NCBI GenBank assembly: GCA_965200245.1 | Contig: CBDATS010000004.1 | Location: 416,001 to 480,000 of the forward strand | Reading direction: 5' to 3' | DNA: 64,000 nt | Source: a bacterium | Lineage (GTDB): Bacteria; UBA8248 | In this document: piece after piece, positions 42,686 through 53,365 of the stretch | How the letters are laid out: each line of letters starts with the position of its first letter | How positions within the stretch are numbered: position 1 is the first letter of the stretch | Notes under the pieces: generated by a model | What the model was told of the DNA's origin: nothing | Seen by the model: the letters and a program-made list of their open reading frames with translations, nothing else | The model's database searches: none | Position numbers and translations under genes: made by a program

Positions 42686-43585
42686 CTATTCCGGTGCGTC
42701 CATTTTCTGTATCTGGTCGAAGTCGCGGTAGAGCAGCGTCAGGTCTTCTTCGATCATCCCCCGATCGACGGCCTTCCTTAAAAACGTGAGCGTGTGCTCG
42801 GCAAGTTGGATGTCAGCACCTCGTCTGCGCCCGATGCCGACGGCGAGGCCGACGTCTTTTTGCAGGTTGTAGATGCGCGCCTGTCCGTTCCACGTTCCCG
42901 AAAGGATGTTGTTCGGAAAACGGTGGCGGCTCGCATAGCTGTAGGCCGTCGAGGCGTTGAAGATGTCGATCATGTCCTCGACACGCATCCCAAGTCGTTC
43001 GACCAGGCGCGCACCCTCGCACGTCGCCAGGAACATCGTGTGAAGTACCATGTTGTGGATGAGTTTCATGGTGTGGCCCGAACCCAATGCGCCCAGATGG
43101 AATATGTGACCCACACAGGGTTTCAGGTATTGCCTCGTGCGCTTGAGGAGTTCTTCGTCCCCTCCGATCATGAGGGTGAGCTTCCCCTCCAGGATATTAC
43201 CCGGACCGCCGCTCATGCCTGCGTCGAGATAGCCCAGCCCCGCACGCTCGGCACGCTTCGCAAGGCGCTTCGTCTTCGCCGGGTCTGAGGTCGTGAGGTC
43301 GTAGATTACGAGGCCTTTCTCCGGATTCTTGAGCAGGCCGTCCTTCCCCTTGAAGCAAATCGCGATTTCTTCCGATGAGGGTACGACGAAGAAGACGACC
43401 GCGCAGGTCTCGCCCATCTCGCGTGGCGTGGCGATAGCCACACCCTCTGTTCCCTCGAACGGTTTGCGCCTCTCCTCCGAAATGTCCCAGATCATCAAGG
43501 GCATCTTCGCCTGGATAAACCTTAGCGCCACGGGACCTCCCATGCGACCCAGGCCGATGACGCCTACGCTCTTTCGTTTCGCCAT
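42686..43585 (-). CDS. NAD(P)-dependent beta-hydroxyacid dehydrogenase family protein
   Basis: IGLGRMG, DAGMSGG, MKLIHN, QKDV. Confidence 0.88.
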   Translation of the reverse strand: MAKRKSVGVIGLGRMGGPVALRFIQAKMPLMIWDISEERRKPFEGTEGVAIATPREMGETCAVVFFVVPSSEEIAICFKGKDGLLKNPEKGLVIYDLTTSDPAKTKRLAKRAERAGLGYLDAGMSGGPGNILEGKLTLMIGGDEELLKRTRQYLKPCVGHIFHLGALGSGHTMKLIHNMVLHTMFLATCEGARLVERLGMRVEDMIDIFNASTAYSYASRHRFPNNILSGTWNGQARIYNLQKDVGLAVGIGRRRGADIQLAEHTLTFLRKAVDRGMIEEDLTLLYRDFDQIQKMDAPE

Positions 43586-43623
43586 GAAATACCCCGGAGA
43601 ATCGAGAAAGTGGAGGAATACAT

Positions 43624-43700
43624 TGGAGCCGACGACCGGACTTGAACCGGTGACCTGCTGATTACGAATCAGCTGCTCTACCTGCCTGAGCTACGTCGGC
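43624..43700 (-). tRNA. tRNA-Thr(CGT)
   Basis: GCCGACG acceptor stem, anticodon loop TTCGTAA, GGTTCAAGTCC T-arm, encoded CCA. Confidence 0.95.
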
Positions 43701-43747
43701 TGGAAAAGCATGGAACCCTGGCGAGGCTCACGTTCCCATGAGGAAGG

Positions 43748-43863
43748 TATTGAACACGCCGCCCCCCCCTTCGTCAAGCCAACGACGGCGCGAGCTCAAT
43801 TCGCGCTGCCGCTTTCACGGTTTATCGAACGGCTTGACTTACGCGCCGACGCATCGTAAATCT
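43748..43863. promoter_or_regulatory. Back-to-back sigma70-like promoters of the two tRNAs
   Basis: Plus strand TTGACT-N17-TAAATC; minus strand TTGACG-N17-TTCAAT. Confidence 0.55.
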
Positions 43864-43874
43864 CTTTTCTCTTC

Positions 43875-43950
<76 letters not shown>

Positions 43951-44113
43951 CAAATCACCCCGAATCCGTTCGGGTTTCATACAATACCTCACAGGAACGC
44001 CCGGCCAACGGCAAGTGAGGGCGGGGGAAGGCTGTGCCCCCGTATCGGGGCTGGTTCGCTCGCCTGTGACCGCTCCCTGGTCGATTTCCGCACCTACAAG
44101 ATGGAGACAGAAT

Positions 44114-44497
44114 ATGGACAACGCCGAGAAGAAGGCCTTGATGGATCAGATGGTCGCCGACCGCGGCTGGGTATTGCCGGAACAGGAGTATTATATCGAA
44201 AAGGACCCCGAATACCACGCCAGGCAGAGCGCGGTGTACAATCACGTCCTCAAGCGCGAGGGGGCACTTTCTGAAAAGATGCGCGAGATCATCACCGTCA
44301 CCGCCCTTTGCGTGCGACTGCCTAGCACGGAGGTGGAAACCTACGTTAAAAATCACATCCGGCGTGCGCTGGACCTGGGAGCCACCGAGGATGAAATATT
44401 CGAGGCCGTGCAATGTCTCATCTTCCCGGCCGGCGGCCCCTCACTGATGATGGGCATCAAGTGCCTACGCGCTGTCCTGGAAGAGCGGAAGACTTGA
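44114..44497 (+). CDS. Carboxymuconolactone decarboxylase (CMD/AhpD)-fold protein lacking CxxC
   Basis: GALSEKMREII, HIRRALDLGATEDEIFEA..GGP. Confidence 0.85.
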   Translation: MDNAEKKALMDQMVADRGWVLPEQEYYIEKDPEYHARQSAVYNHVLKREGALSEKMREIITVTALCVRLPSTEVETYVKNHIRRALDLGATEDEIFEAVQCLIFPAGGPSLMMGIKCLRAVLEERKT

Positions 44498-44529
44498 GAT
44501 TATCAATACCCCTCCCTGGGAGACACTAC

Positions 44530-45267
44530 ATGGACAGAAGCATCTGGGCGACCTGGTACGACCTGCCGAAAGAAGACGAGACCGAATACAACGACTGGCT
44601 CCACCACATCCACATCAAGGACGCGCTCAAGCGCCCCGGCTACATGTGGGCGGCGCACTACGAACTCGTGGACAGGGAATCACCCAAATCCAAGAAAAAA
44701 GATCATCTCGCCTACACGGACGATCCCTCCATCCCCAACGGAACGGAGTTTCTGCTGCTCTTCGGAGGAGCGAGCGCGGAGGTTTTCCTGAGCCCCAACC
44801 CCGCACAGCTTGAGGAATTCTACTCCGATGAGACGAAGACGATGCTTGGCAAAAGAATCGGCGAGCGTACGGGCATCTTCACCGAAGTGGACAGGGTGAA
44901 CGGTCCTGACGCCGCCACGCGTGCTCTGGGCGGCGTGCCCGCGCCTGTCATCCAGATGGGGACATTCAACTGTTTCACGCCCGAGGATGACTTTGACCTG
45001 AGTTCGTGGTACGCGCAGGATCGCCTGCCCGCGATGAAGTACATGCGCGGCTGTGTGGGCACGCGCAAGCTGGTCTCGGTGGCAGGATGGGCGAAACACT
45101 CCATCTTCTATGAGTTCTCCTCGTTGGAGAAAGTTCTCGAACACTTCCCGCGTGCGGACAGGCTCTTCCCGGGAGAGAACGACTGGTCGTACCACGTATG
45201 CCAGCGCCTGCTTCACACGCCCGGCTCGCCCACGCGCGGCAAGCGCATCTGGCCCCCCGTAGAATGA
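44530..45267 (+). CDS. Hypothetical protein with two EthD-like dimeric alpha/beta barrel repeats
   Basis: EYNDWLHHIH....RPG and SWYAQDRLP....RG repeats. Confidence 0.65.
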   Translation: MDRSIWATWYDLPKEDETEYNDWLHHIHIKDALKRPGYMWAAHYELVDRESPKSKKKDHLAYTDDPSIPNGTEFLLLFGGASAEVFLSPNPAQLEEFYSDETKTMLGKRIGERTGIFTEVDRVNGPDAATRALGGVPAPVIQMGTFNCFTPEDDFDLSSWYAQDRLPAMKYMRGCVGTRKLVSVAGWAKHSIFYEFSSLEKVLEHFPRADRLFPGENDWSYHVCQRLLHTPGSPTRGKRIWPPVE

Positions 45268-45282
45268 GCAAGGTGGCCAAGA

Positions 45283-45966
45283 ATGAGTTACATGAAACCG
45301 ATACGGGTCGAGGAGGCGGAAGGCGAGGCCGCGAAACTCTTCGCGGGCGTGACGAAGATGCTTGGTCGGGTGGCGAATTCCTTCGCCGTCATGGCCTATC
45401 AGCCCTATGTCGCCAAGGTCATCCTGCCGCTCACGGTGACACTCATGCGCGAGGGACTGGGCACGGTGCTTCCCACCAGGATCAAGGAAATCGCCGTTAT
45501 CAAGACGAGTCACCTGAACGGGTGCGAGTACTGACTCGGACACAACACGGCGCTCGGTCGAGACGCCGGAGTCACCGAGGAACAGGTACACGAAATCTGC
45601 TCGGACGCCTATCTGGACTCCCCAACGATGAGCGCACGTGAGAAGGCCGCCGTCCTGTGGGCGGAGCACGTAACGCGCAACACCGCCAAGACGCGCGACG
45701 ATGTGTTCGAGGAGGTGCGGCGCCACTTCGATGACCGGGAATTCGTCGAACTCACGATGGTCATAACCTACTTCAACATGAGAAACCGCTTTCAGGATGC
45801 CCTGCGCATTCCGCTGGATGAACCGAAAACGATCTCGGACATCACCATAGGGCACAGGCAGGACCCCGAGAACCTCAAAAACTATCTCGCAGGGGTCGTG
45901 GCGACGTGGCCCGAGAGTTTCCCGGGCCCTGCTGCGGAGAATGAACCTGGGGAGCAACGCGAATGA
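45283..45966 (+). CDS. AhpD/CMD-family selenoprotein (227 aa, CxxU, Sec at codon 84)
   Basis: KEIAVIKTSHLNGCEY-TGA(45532-45534)-LGHNTALG..GVTEEQ..SAREKAAVLWAEHVT..ELTMVITYFNMRNR in one frame. Confidence 0.92.
45535..45579 (+). promoter_or_regulatory. SECIS-like hairpin 3
   Basis: CTCGG acacaaca CGGCG CTC ggtc GAG a CGCCG gagtca CCGAG; GGU apical loop. Confidence 0.82.
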
Positions 45967-46406
45967 CCGAAAAACCCGATTTCGTCTGGGAAAATCTCAA
46001 GGTCGATATGACGGTCGGCGAGCGGAGCCTTACGGTGACACAGGAGATGGTGGACACGCACTGCGATGCCGTGGGTGCGGAGCGGGAGTGGTACAAGGGA
46101 GATTCCCCCGCGGGCGGGCCCATCGCGCCGCCTATGATCTTCATCAACGACCTGCTCGCCATTTATGATGAGAACTACAAGCGCTTCGGAACTATCCATG
46201 CAAAGCTTGGCTACCGCTTCCACAAACCCGTGCGAGTTGGCGAGACGGTGCATCAAAAAGTCACGGTGAAGGACCTCTACGTGAAGCGTGAGAAGGGCTG
46301 GATTGTGAGCGAACTCGCCGTTACGAACGAGGCGGGAGAGTTGTTGCTCACCTCTTCTCATACTTCCGTCTTGAGTCTCACGAGAAAGCATGGAGAAAAC
46401 GACTGA
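45963..46406 (+). CDS. MaoC/hot-dog fold protein (likely non-catalytic subunit)
   Basis: GPIAPP, IHAK..F.KPVRVGE; no D-x4-H motif. Confidence 0.8.
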   Translation: MTEKPDFVWENLKVDMTVGERSLTVTQEMVDTHCDAVGAEREWYKGDSPAGGPIAPPMIFINDLLAIYDENYKRFGTIHAKLGYRFHKPVRVGETVHQKVTVKDLYVKREKGWIVSELAVTNEAGELLLTSSHTSVLSLTRKHGEND

Positions 46407-46407
46407 T

Positions 46408-46830
46408 ATGCTGCCTGAAAACCTGAATGTAGGCGACGCCCTTCCCGAACGGACATACAAGGTGGATTGGGAGGATATTCTCAGATTCAACTGCTACGTC
46501 ACAGGTGGCGTGGACACCAAAAATATCCACACTGACGATGAGGTAGCGCGCAAAGCGGGTCTTCCCCGCGCGGTGGCGACGGGCCGCCACCCGGTCTCGT
46601 TCATCACAGAAACCATGGTCGATTATCTGGGGATGGGCTTCATCCTGTATGGTGAGGTGGAGGTTTCCTTTATCAAGCCGATATTCCCGGGCGACGTTCT
46701 GACACTTTCGGCGAGGCTGAAACAAAAAACGCCTGACACGGACGCAACGCACTATCTGTTCGACGTTTCGCTCACGAACCAGGATGACACAGCCGTAACT
46801 ATCGGCACTGCAGGCGGCCGTCTGGGCTGA
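46408..46830 (+). CDS. MaoC-family dehydratase
   Basis: DTKNIHTDDEVARKAGL..VATG, FIKPIFPGD. Confidence 0.85.
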   Translation: MLPENLNVGDALPERTYKVDWEDILRFNCYVTGGVDTKNIHTDDEVARKAGLPRAVATGRHPVSFITETMVDYLGMGFILYGEVEVSFIKPIFPGDVLTLSARLKQKTPDTDATHYLFDVSLTNQDDTAVTIGTAGGRLG

Positions 46831-46840
46831 TATTCGATTC

Positions 46841-48951
46841 ATGTACACGAACGAAAGCCTCAAGAGTCTCTTTCATCCCGAATCTTTCGCAGTGGTGGGC
46901 GCGGCCTCGGACCCGAACCGTCTGGGTGGTATCCCCTTGAGGCTTACGATGCGCTACGGTTTTCCCGGCCCCATCTATCCCATCAACCCGAGGCGTGAGG
47001 AGATCGCGGGCCTTAAGTGCTACCCCGAGATCGCCTCCCTGCCTGAAACGCCCGAGTTCGCGTTGATCTGCACCCCGCGAGAAGACGTGCTGCCCGCCCT
47101 CGCACAGTGCGCGGAACGCGGCGTCAAGGCCGCCGTCGTCATCACTTCGGGTTTTGCGGAAACAGGTGCGGAAGGCGTGGCGCTTCAGGAAAAGATACTG
47201 GAACTCCGCGATACGTCCGGCATGCGCGTGCTCGGTCCCAACTGCATGGGTGTTGTGCACGTGCGTTCGAGGCTCATGGCCACGTTCACGATATCCATCC
47301 GCGACGACGACCCCCTCATACCGGGAGCGGTGGCCATCGTCACCCAGAGCGGGGCGATGGGGGCGTGCATGCTCACGGGCTTTCAGGAGAGCGGCTCAGG
47401 CATCAGCAGCCTCGTGAGCCTCGGCAACGAGGTGGACGTTGATTTTGCCGAATGTGTCGAATACTTCATCGACGATCCGCACACGCGCGTCATCTGCGGA
47501 TATCTGGAATCGGTGCGAGACGGCGAACGGCTGCAGCGCGCTGCCCTGCGCGCAATGGAGTGTGGAAAACCCATCGTGCTACTCAAAGGGGGAAAACCGA
47601 GGAGGGCGCACGCGCCGCGCGCAGCCACACCGCTGCCATCACGAGTTCGAGCGACGTTTTCGACGCTTTCGCCGCACAATACGGGATTCAGGTGCTGGAT
47701 TCGATGGACGAATTCATCGAGATAGCGGATTTCCTCGCGCGCACGAGACCGATTCGGGGAAACGGGGTGGGAATCCTGAGCTTTTCGGGCGGGCTCGGCG
47801 CGCTCGCGGCGGACCTGTCGACCGAGGCAGGCTTTACGCTTCCCATTCTTGCGGAAGGTACACAAGAAAAACTCGCGGGCGTCCTGCCCGATTACGCTCC
47901 CAAGGACAACCCCGTCGACCTCGTATCCCTTATGGTCAGCAAGCCCGAGAGCCAACCGCTCAAGACGGCGGGCGAAGCTGTGGCGGGGGACAAGAACGTG
48001 GACGCCCTGCTATTCCTCATGGGCGTCTACCACCACGTAGGAGAGCAGATAGCACAGGAAGTCAAGGCGCTGTTCAACACCTCGCCTGTGCCCCTCGCAT
48101 TCGCCTGGCTCACCGGTCCGCGAGATCGGATAGAGGCACTCAGGAAAGACTCCGTCCCCGTCTTCGGTGATTACGCAAGGGCAATTCGAGCACTGGAATC
48201 CCTTTTATTTCTCAAAAACGCTCGTGAGGCGTCCTCCTGCCGGTTCCGCGCTATCGCCTCGGCGCGCGCCGAGGCGGCGAGGCTGATCATACATGAAGCC
48301 CCCCGGTCCCCCGATGGTTTTTTGCCGCCGGAAGCTTGCGCCCGGATCCTCGATCTCTACGGCGTCCCAAGACCCAAGGAGGCGCTCGTGGGCACGGCGG
48401 AAGAAGCGCTCAAGGCGTGGAAGGAAATTCAGGCGCCCGTTGCACTCAAGGTCATATCGGATAACCTCTCGCACAAGACCGAAGCGGGTGGTGTGCTCTT
48501 GAACCTCGATACGCCCGACGAAGTCCTCGCCTGCGCCGAGCGGCTGCTCTCGCTCGCTGATGACGCACGCCTTCTCGTGCAGGAAATGATAGAAGGGGGC
48601 ATCGAACTCCTCGTCGGCACATCGCAAGACCCGACATTCGGCCCGTGCGTGACAGCGGGGCTGGGCGGGGTGTACGTGGAAGCACTGAACGACGTGGCCC
48701 GTCTGTTGCCACCCTTCAGTGCCAGGGAGGCCGAAAGCACGCTCTCGAGCCTCCGCTCGCGCGTCATACTGGAGGGTTTCCGAGGCGGGCCAACCATTCA
48801 AATCCCGCACATATCCGATATAATGGTCAGAATTTCGGAATTGGCGACAGAACTCGGAAACGAACTCGCCGAGATGGACTTGAACCCGCTCATCGCCACG
48901 GCGGAAGGCTGCATCGCCGCGGACGTTCGGATAAAGATCAACTCCCAGTGA
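46841..48951 (+). pseudogene. ADP-forming acyl-CoA synthetase (acetate-CoA ligase family), one frameshift near 47590
   Basis: VVGAA, LGPNCMG, TQSG, SLGNE in the first frame; KTEEGARAARSHT, SGG.G, NPVDL, HKTEAGGV, MDLNP in the second; junction at G5A4 run 47588-47596. Confidence 0.85.
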
Positions 48952-48961
48952 GAGGATGCGC

Positions 48962-49396
48962 ATGAGCACGAGAATCACACCTGCAATTCGCGCCTTGGTG
49001 GGGCGAAAGCATGGCCCCTACCGCGTAAGGGTCGAGCAGGGGGCCATCGAGAAATTCGCGGACGCGGTCGGCGATGACAACCCCGCCTACCGGGGAGTCG
49101 GTGCGATTGCACCGCCGACGTTTCCCACCACCTTCCGGCCCATGGACGCCTATCCCGACTTGCCACCTGAATTCGGTGACGTGGGGCTTCACGCCTCCCA
49201 GGTTTACGAGGTAGAGCGGCCCATCCGCGCAGGAGATGAGCTGGACATTTCCTTCACCATCGTGGACATCACCGAAAAATCGGGCCGCACGGGCGACCTC
49301 GTCTTCGTCGAGCGTGAATACGAGTTCCTGGACGCGCGCGACGGCTCACGCGTGGGCGGGGGCAAGTGGGTTTCGCTCCGGCGATTCAGAAACTGA
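48962..49396 (+). CDS. MaoC-like N-terminal/HadA-type hot-dog protein
   Basis: VEQGAIEKFADAVGDDNPAY, APPTF, LHASQ, GDLVF. Confidence 0.85.
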   Translation: MSTRITPAIRALVGRKHGPYRVRVEQGAIEKFADAVGDDNPAYRGVGAIAPPTFPTTFRPMDAYPDLPPEFGDVGLHASQVYEVERPIRAGDELDISFTIVDITEKSGRTGDLVFVEREYEFLDARDGSRVGGGKWVSLRRFRN

Positions 49397-49406
49397 AGGA
49401 GATGCC

Positions 49407-49808
49407 ATGAAATACAAGCAGGGCGACATGCTCCCCGAACTCGTGAAGGAACCCGTATCCCGGACGCAGCTTGTGAAATACGCGGGGGCAAGCGGTGATT
49501 TCAATCCCATCCACTATGACGACGAGGCCGCGCGGGCGGGCGGGCTGGAGGGCATTATCGCCCACGGGATGCTTTCGATGGGCTTTCTGGGGCAATTTGT
49601 CGAAACCGCTTTCGGCGCGGGCAACTACAAAAGGCTTGAGGTGCGCTTTCAGGGCATGGTGAAACTGGGCGAGATCATCACCTGCCGGGGCGTCGTGACC
49701 GATATTGCGGAAGAGAACGGCCAAGAATACGCCACCTGCGATATCAAGGCGGTCGACGCAGGAGGCCGTGTCGTCACAAAAGGCGAGGCGCAGGCCTGGC
49801 TGGACTGA
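49407..49808 (+). CDS. MaoC/HadB-type (R)-specific dehydratase
   Basis: YAGASGDFNPIHYD, IIAHGMLSMG. Confidence 0.9.
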   Translation: MKYKQGDMLPELVKEPVSRTQLVKYAGASGDFNPIHYDDEAARAGGLEGIIAHGMLSMGFLGQFVETAFGAGNYKRLEVRFQGMVKLGEIITCRGVVTDIAEENGQEYATCDIKAVDAGGRVVTKGEAQAWLD

Positions 49809-49856
49809 GCCCATACAACAGCAATTGAATCCATAGAACAGAAAGCGAGGAATTCC

Positions 49857-50600
49857 ATGAGACTGAAAGACAAGAACGCCCTCGTCACCGGAGCCGCGCA
49901 GGGCATCGGACGCTCGGTCTGCCAGCGCTTCGCGGAAGAAGGCGCCAGGGTACTCGTCGTCGACATGAACGAGGAAGGCGGGGAAGAGACGGTGCGCCTG
50001 ATCCGGGATGCGGGCGGCGAGGCGCTATTCCACAAGGCCGACGTGAGCAGCCTTGCGGAAGTCGAGGGTGCGCTCAATGCTTCAGAAGCCGCGCACGGAC
50101 CGATTCACGTCATGGTGAACAACGCAGGCATCGTCCGCGCGGCCATGCTCCACAAGATGAGCGAAGCGCAGTGGGACGAGGTGATCGCCGTGCATCTCAA
50201 GGGCACGTGGACGGGCATCCACGCGGCGGCCAAGCGCATGATTCCCCGCAAGGAAGGCCGCATTATCAACGTTACTTCCGGCGCGGGGCTTCGCGGGACT
50301 ATCGGGCAGATCAACTATTCCTCCGCCAAGATGGGAATCGTCGGTGCAACGCAGAGCGCGGCACGTGAACTTGGCCGCTACAACATCACCGTAAACTGCG
50401 TCTCGCCCGCAGCCATTACTCCCATGACCGAGACGATTCGCACCGATGAACGCTTTGAATCGAAGTATCTCGAGCGCATTTGCCTGGGCCGATGGGGCGA
50501 GCCCGAGGAAATGGCTGCGGGGTTCGTCTTTCTGGCGTCTGATGAGGCGAGCTACGTGACAGGTATTGTGCTCCGAATCGACGGCGGGTTGGGGATGTAG
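49857..50600 (+). CDS. SDR oxidoreductase (FabG-like)
   Basis: TGAAQGIG, NNAG, YSSAK. Confidence 0.92.
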   Translation: MRLKDKNALVTGAAQGIGRSVCQRFAEEGARVLVVDMNEEGGEETVRLIRDAGGEALFHKADVSSLAEVEGALNASEAAHGPIHVMVNNAGIVRAAMLHKMSEAQWDEVIAVHLKGTWTGIHAAAKRMIPRKEGRIINVTSGAGLRGTIGQINYSSAKMGIVGATQSAARELGRYNITVNCVSPAAITPMTETIRTDERFESKYLERICLGRWGEPEEMAAGFVFLASDEASYVTGIVLRIDGGLGM

Positions 50601-50643
50601 ATAGCGGGCAAACCTGCCCTGAGAAGGAACAACTACGGGATCA

Positions 50644-50738
50644 GGACAAACCCAAAGGATTGTACCTACAGTTAGGGCCGTGCGTGAACGATCCCCGCAA
50701 GACCAATAAGCCTCGATTCCGGCATTCGCTGGAATGAT
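50644..50738. repeat. Degenerate REP-like palindromes between convergent genes
   Basis: GGACAAacccaaaggaTTGTACCtac and GATTCCGGCattcGCTGGAATga. Confidence 0.4.
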
Positions 50739-50754
50739 GTCGTCTGATTCTCCT

Positions 50755-52146
50755 TCACTCTCTCGGGCCGATCATGTTCTCGGGTTTGACAGCGGCATCA
50801 AATTCCTCACCCGTCAAGAGGTTGAGCGTAATGGCCGCGTCGCGTAGCGTGCCGCCTTCTGCGAACGCTTTCTTCGCGACCCTAGCTGCGTTGTCGTAGC
50901 CGATGACAGGGTTCAGCGCCGTCACGAGCATGAGCGAGTTCTGGAGATACCCCTCTATCGCGGGTCGGTTCGGTTCGATTCCCATCGCGCAGTGTTCGTT
51001 GAACGAATCGCACGCATCGGCGATCAGGCGCACGGAATTCAGCAGGTTGAAGATCATGACGGGCTTGAAGACGTTGAGTTCGAAATGTCCCGTTGCGCCG
51101 CCCATATTCACTGCCACGTCGTTGCCCATCACCTGGGCGCACACCATCGTCATCGCCTCACTCTGGGTGGGGTTCACCTTTCCGGGCATGATGGAGCTTC
51201 CCGGCTCGTTCTCGGGAATGAGAAGTTCGCCCACACCGCACCTCGGGCCCGAGGCCAGCATGCGGATGTCGTTCGCTATCTTCATCAACGACGCCGCCAG
51301 GGTTTTCATCGCCCCGCTCGCGAATACGACCGCATCGTGCGCAGCCAAGGCCTCGAACTTGTTGGGCGCACTCCGGAAGGGTAACCCGGTCATCTCGGCG
51401 ATTCTGGCAGCAGCCTTCTCTGCAAAGTCGGGGTGCGTATTGAGACCGGTTCCCACCGCCGTGCCACCCAGGGCCAGCTCATAAATGCCGTCGAGCGACA
51501 TCCTGACGCGCACGAGGCCGTTTTCCAATTGCTGCGCGTAGCCCGAGAATTCCTGGCCCAGCGTCAGGGGAACGGCGTCCATGAGATGTGTACGGCCGAT
51601 CTTGATGATCGAATCGAAGGCCTCGGCCTTCTGCGCCAGTGTTGTCTTGAGCGTCTCCACGGCGGAGATGAGTTTTTTCGTCATCTGCTCGCCCGCGGCG
51701 ATGTGCATCGCGGTCGGGAAGGTGTCGTTCGAGGACTGCGCCTTGTTCACGTCGTCGTTTGGGTGGACCGGGTCCTTGGAACCCATCACGCCACCCGCCA
51801 GTTCGATGGCGCGGTTGGCGATGACCTCATTCGCGTTCATGTTCGTCTGCGTACCGCTACCCGTCTGCCAGACGACGAGCGGGAAATGTTCGTCCAGATC
51901 GCCGGCAATCACCTCGTCCGCCACCCGGGCGATGAGCGCGGCCTTCCTGGAATCGAGGATTCCCAATTCCTCGTTCGTCGAGGCGGCGGCTTTCTTCAGA
52001 ATCCCCAGCGCGCGGATGATCTCGCGCGGGAAGCGGTCACCGCCGATCCGGAAGTGAAAGAGCGAACGCGCCGTCTGTGCGCCGTAGTATTTGTCCTCGG
52101 GCACCTCGATCTCGCCCATGCTGTCGGTTTCGATTCGATACGCCAT
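50755..52146 (-). CDS. fumC: Class II fumarate hydratase
   Basis: [32 protein letters not shown]. Confidence 0.97.
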   Translation of the reverse strand: MAYRIETDSMGEIEVPEDKYYGAQTARSLFHFRIGGDRFPREIIRALGILKKAAASTNEELGILDSRKAALIARVADEVIAGDLDEHFPLVVWQTGSGTQTNMNANEVIANRAIELAGGVMGSKDPVHPNDDVNKAQSSNDTFPTAMHIAAGEQMTKKLISAVETLKTTLAQKAEAFDSIIKIGRTHLMDAVPLTLGQEFSGYAQQLENGLVRVRMSLDGIYELALGGTAVGTGLNTHPDFAEKAAARIAEMTGLPFRSAPNKFEALAAHDAVVFASGAMKTLAASLMKIANDIRMLASGPRCGVGELLIPENEPGSSIMPGKVNPTQSEAMTMVCAQVMGNDVAVNMGGATGHFELNVFKPVMIFNLLNSVRLIADACDSFNEHCAMGIEPNRPAIEGYLQNSLMLVTALNPVIGYDNAARVAKKAFAEGGTLRDAAITLNLLTGEEFDAAVKPENMIGPRE

Positions 52147-52240
52147 GCTGCCTCCCGCGGATGCGTTGGAAATGTTCGGGGGTTTTATGATCTCATCGGC
52201 TCAGTCGCCGTTTAGCGTTGGCAAACCCTTGGCCCGTGCC

Positions 52241-53271
52241 TCACCAGGTGAGCACGATACGTCCCACCGGGTCGCCCGCGCGAAGAGCGGCCAGTGCGTC
52301 GTTGGCATCGGGCATCGGGGCTTCCTCTCGGTGATGACGGCGCGCACGCGGCCATCGTTCACAAGACTCGCGGCGTCGGCCACATCGCGCACCGTGTGGT
52401 TATGCGACGCGATGATCTGGATCCACTTGTACACAAGCTGCGCCGGATCGATTTCCACCTTCTGGCCGAAGGCATAGCCCAAGATGACGAGCCGCCCACC
52501 GGGCCGGAGCAGGTCGATGCACTGCTGAAGCACGGGAGGCACGGCGGCCCCGCCGACGATCTCAAGCGCAATGTCAGCCCCGAACCCGTTCGTAATGTCC
52601 ATCACGGTCTTGACCGGATCGGCTTCCATCGCGTTCACCGTCTCGAATGCGCCCAACTCGCGTGCCTTGGAAAGTTTTTCTTCCTTCACGTCCACGGCGA
52701 TGACGTTTGCCCCAAGGTGGCGGAGGATTTGAAGGGCGTGCAGCCCCAAGCCCCCGACCCCGAAGATGACGGCACACTCGCCGAGCTCGGGCTGTGCCAT
52801 GCGGATGGCGTGGAGCGGGGAGCCAAGCGTCCCGCCGATAAGGGAAGCGGCCGCCAGCGACACGTTGTCCCCAACCTTGGCGATATTCCGATCAGATACC
52901 GCGACCAGCTGGCCGAAACCGCCATCCAGCTCTATTCCCAGACGTCCGGGTGAGTTCAGGCACATCTCCTCATGGCCCGCGCGGCACATCCGGCAGCGCC
53001 CGCAGGTCTGTTTGCTCACGACGACCACGCGGTCGCCGGGGACAACGGACTCGACCTCATCGCCCACCTCCAGGACGACGCCTGAATTCTCATGGCCGAG
53101 CATCAAGGGAATGGGAGCGGTCCTGACGTTTCCGTCCACAATTTTCAGGTCCGTCGCGCAAAGACCGTTCGCCTTCGATTCGACGAGCACCTGGCACAGG
53201 CCGTTTTGGGGCTCGGGCACCTCCTCGTAGACGAGGGGTGCGCCGTATTGTTTGAGGATCATGGCCTTCAT
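52241..53271 (-). pseudogene. Zn-dependent alcohol dehydrogenase (MDR) with frameshift near the C-terminus
   Basis: LCATD, GHE, CGRCRMC..C, GVGGLG; the natural tail PDANDALAALRAGDPVGRIVLTW* lies in another frame after a C-run near 52317-52320. Confidence 0.8.
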
Positions 53272-53365
53272 GGGCGGTTCCTCCATTTGCGTTGTTTACC
53301 GAGGCGAAACTGCGGCGATTCTAGCAGGCCAACCATGGGGGCGCCAAACAGGGAATGGTATCTCC

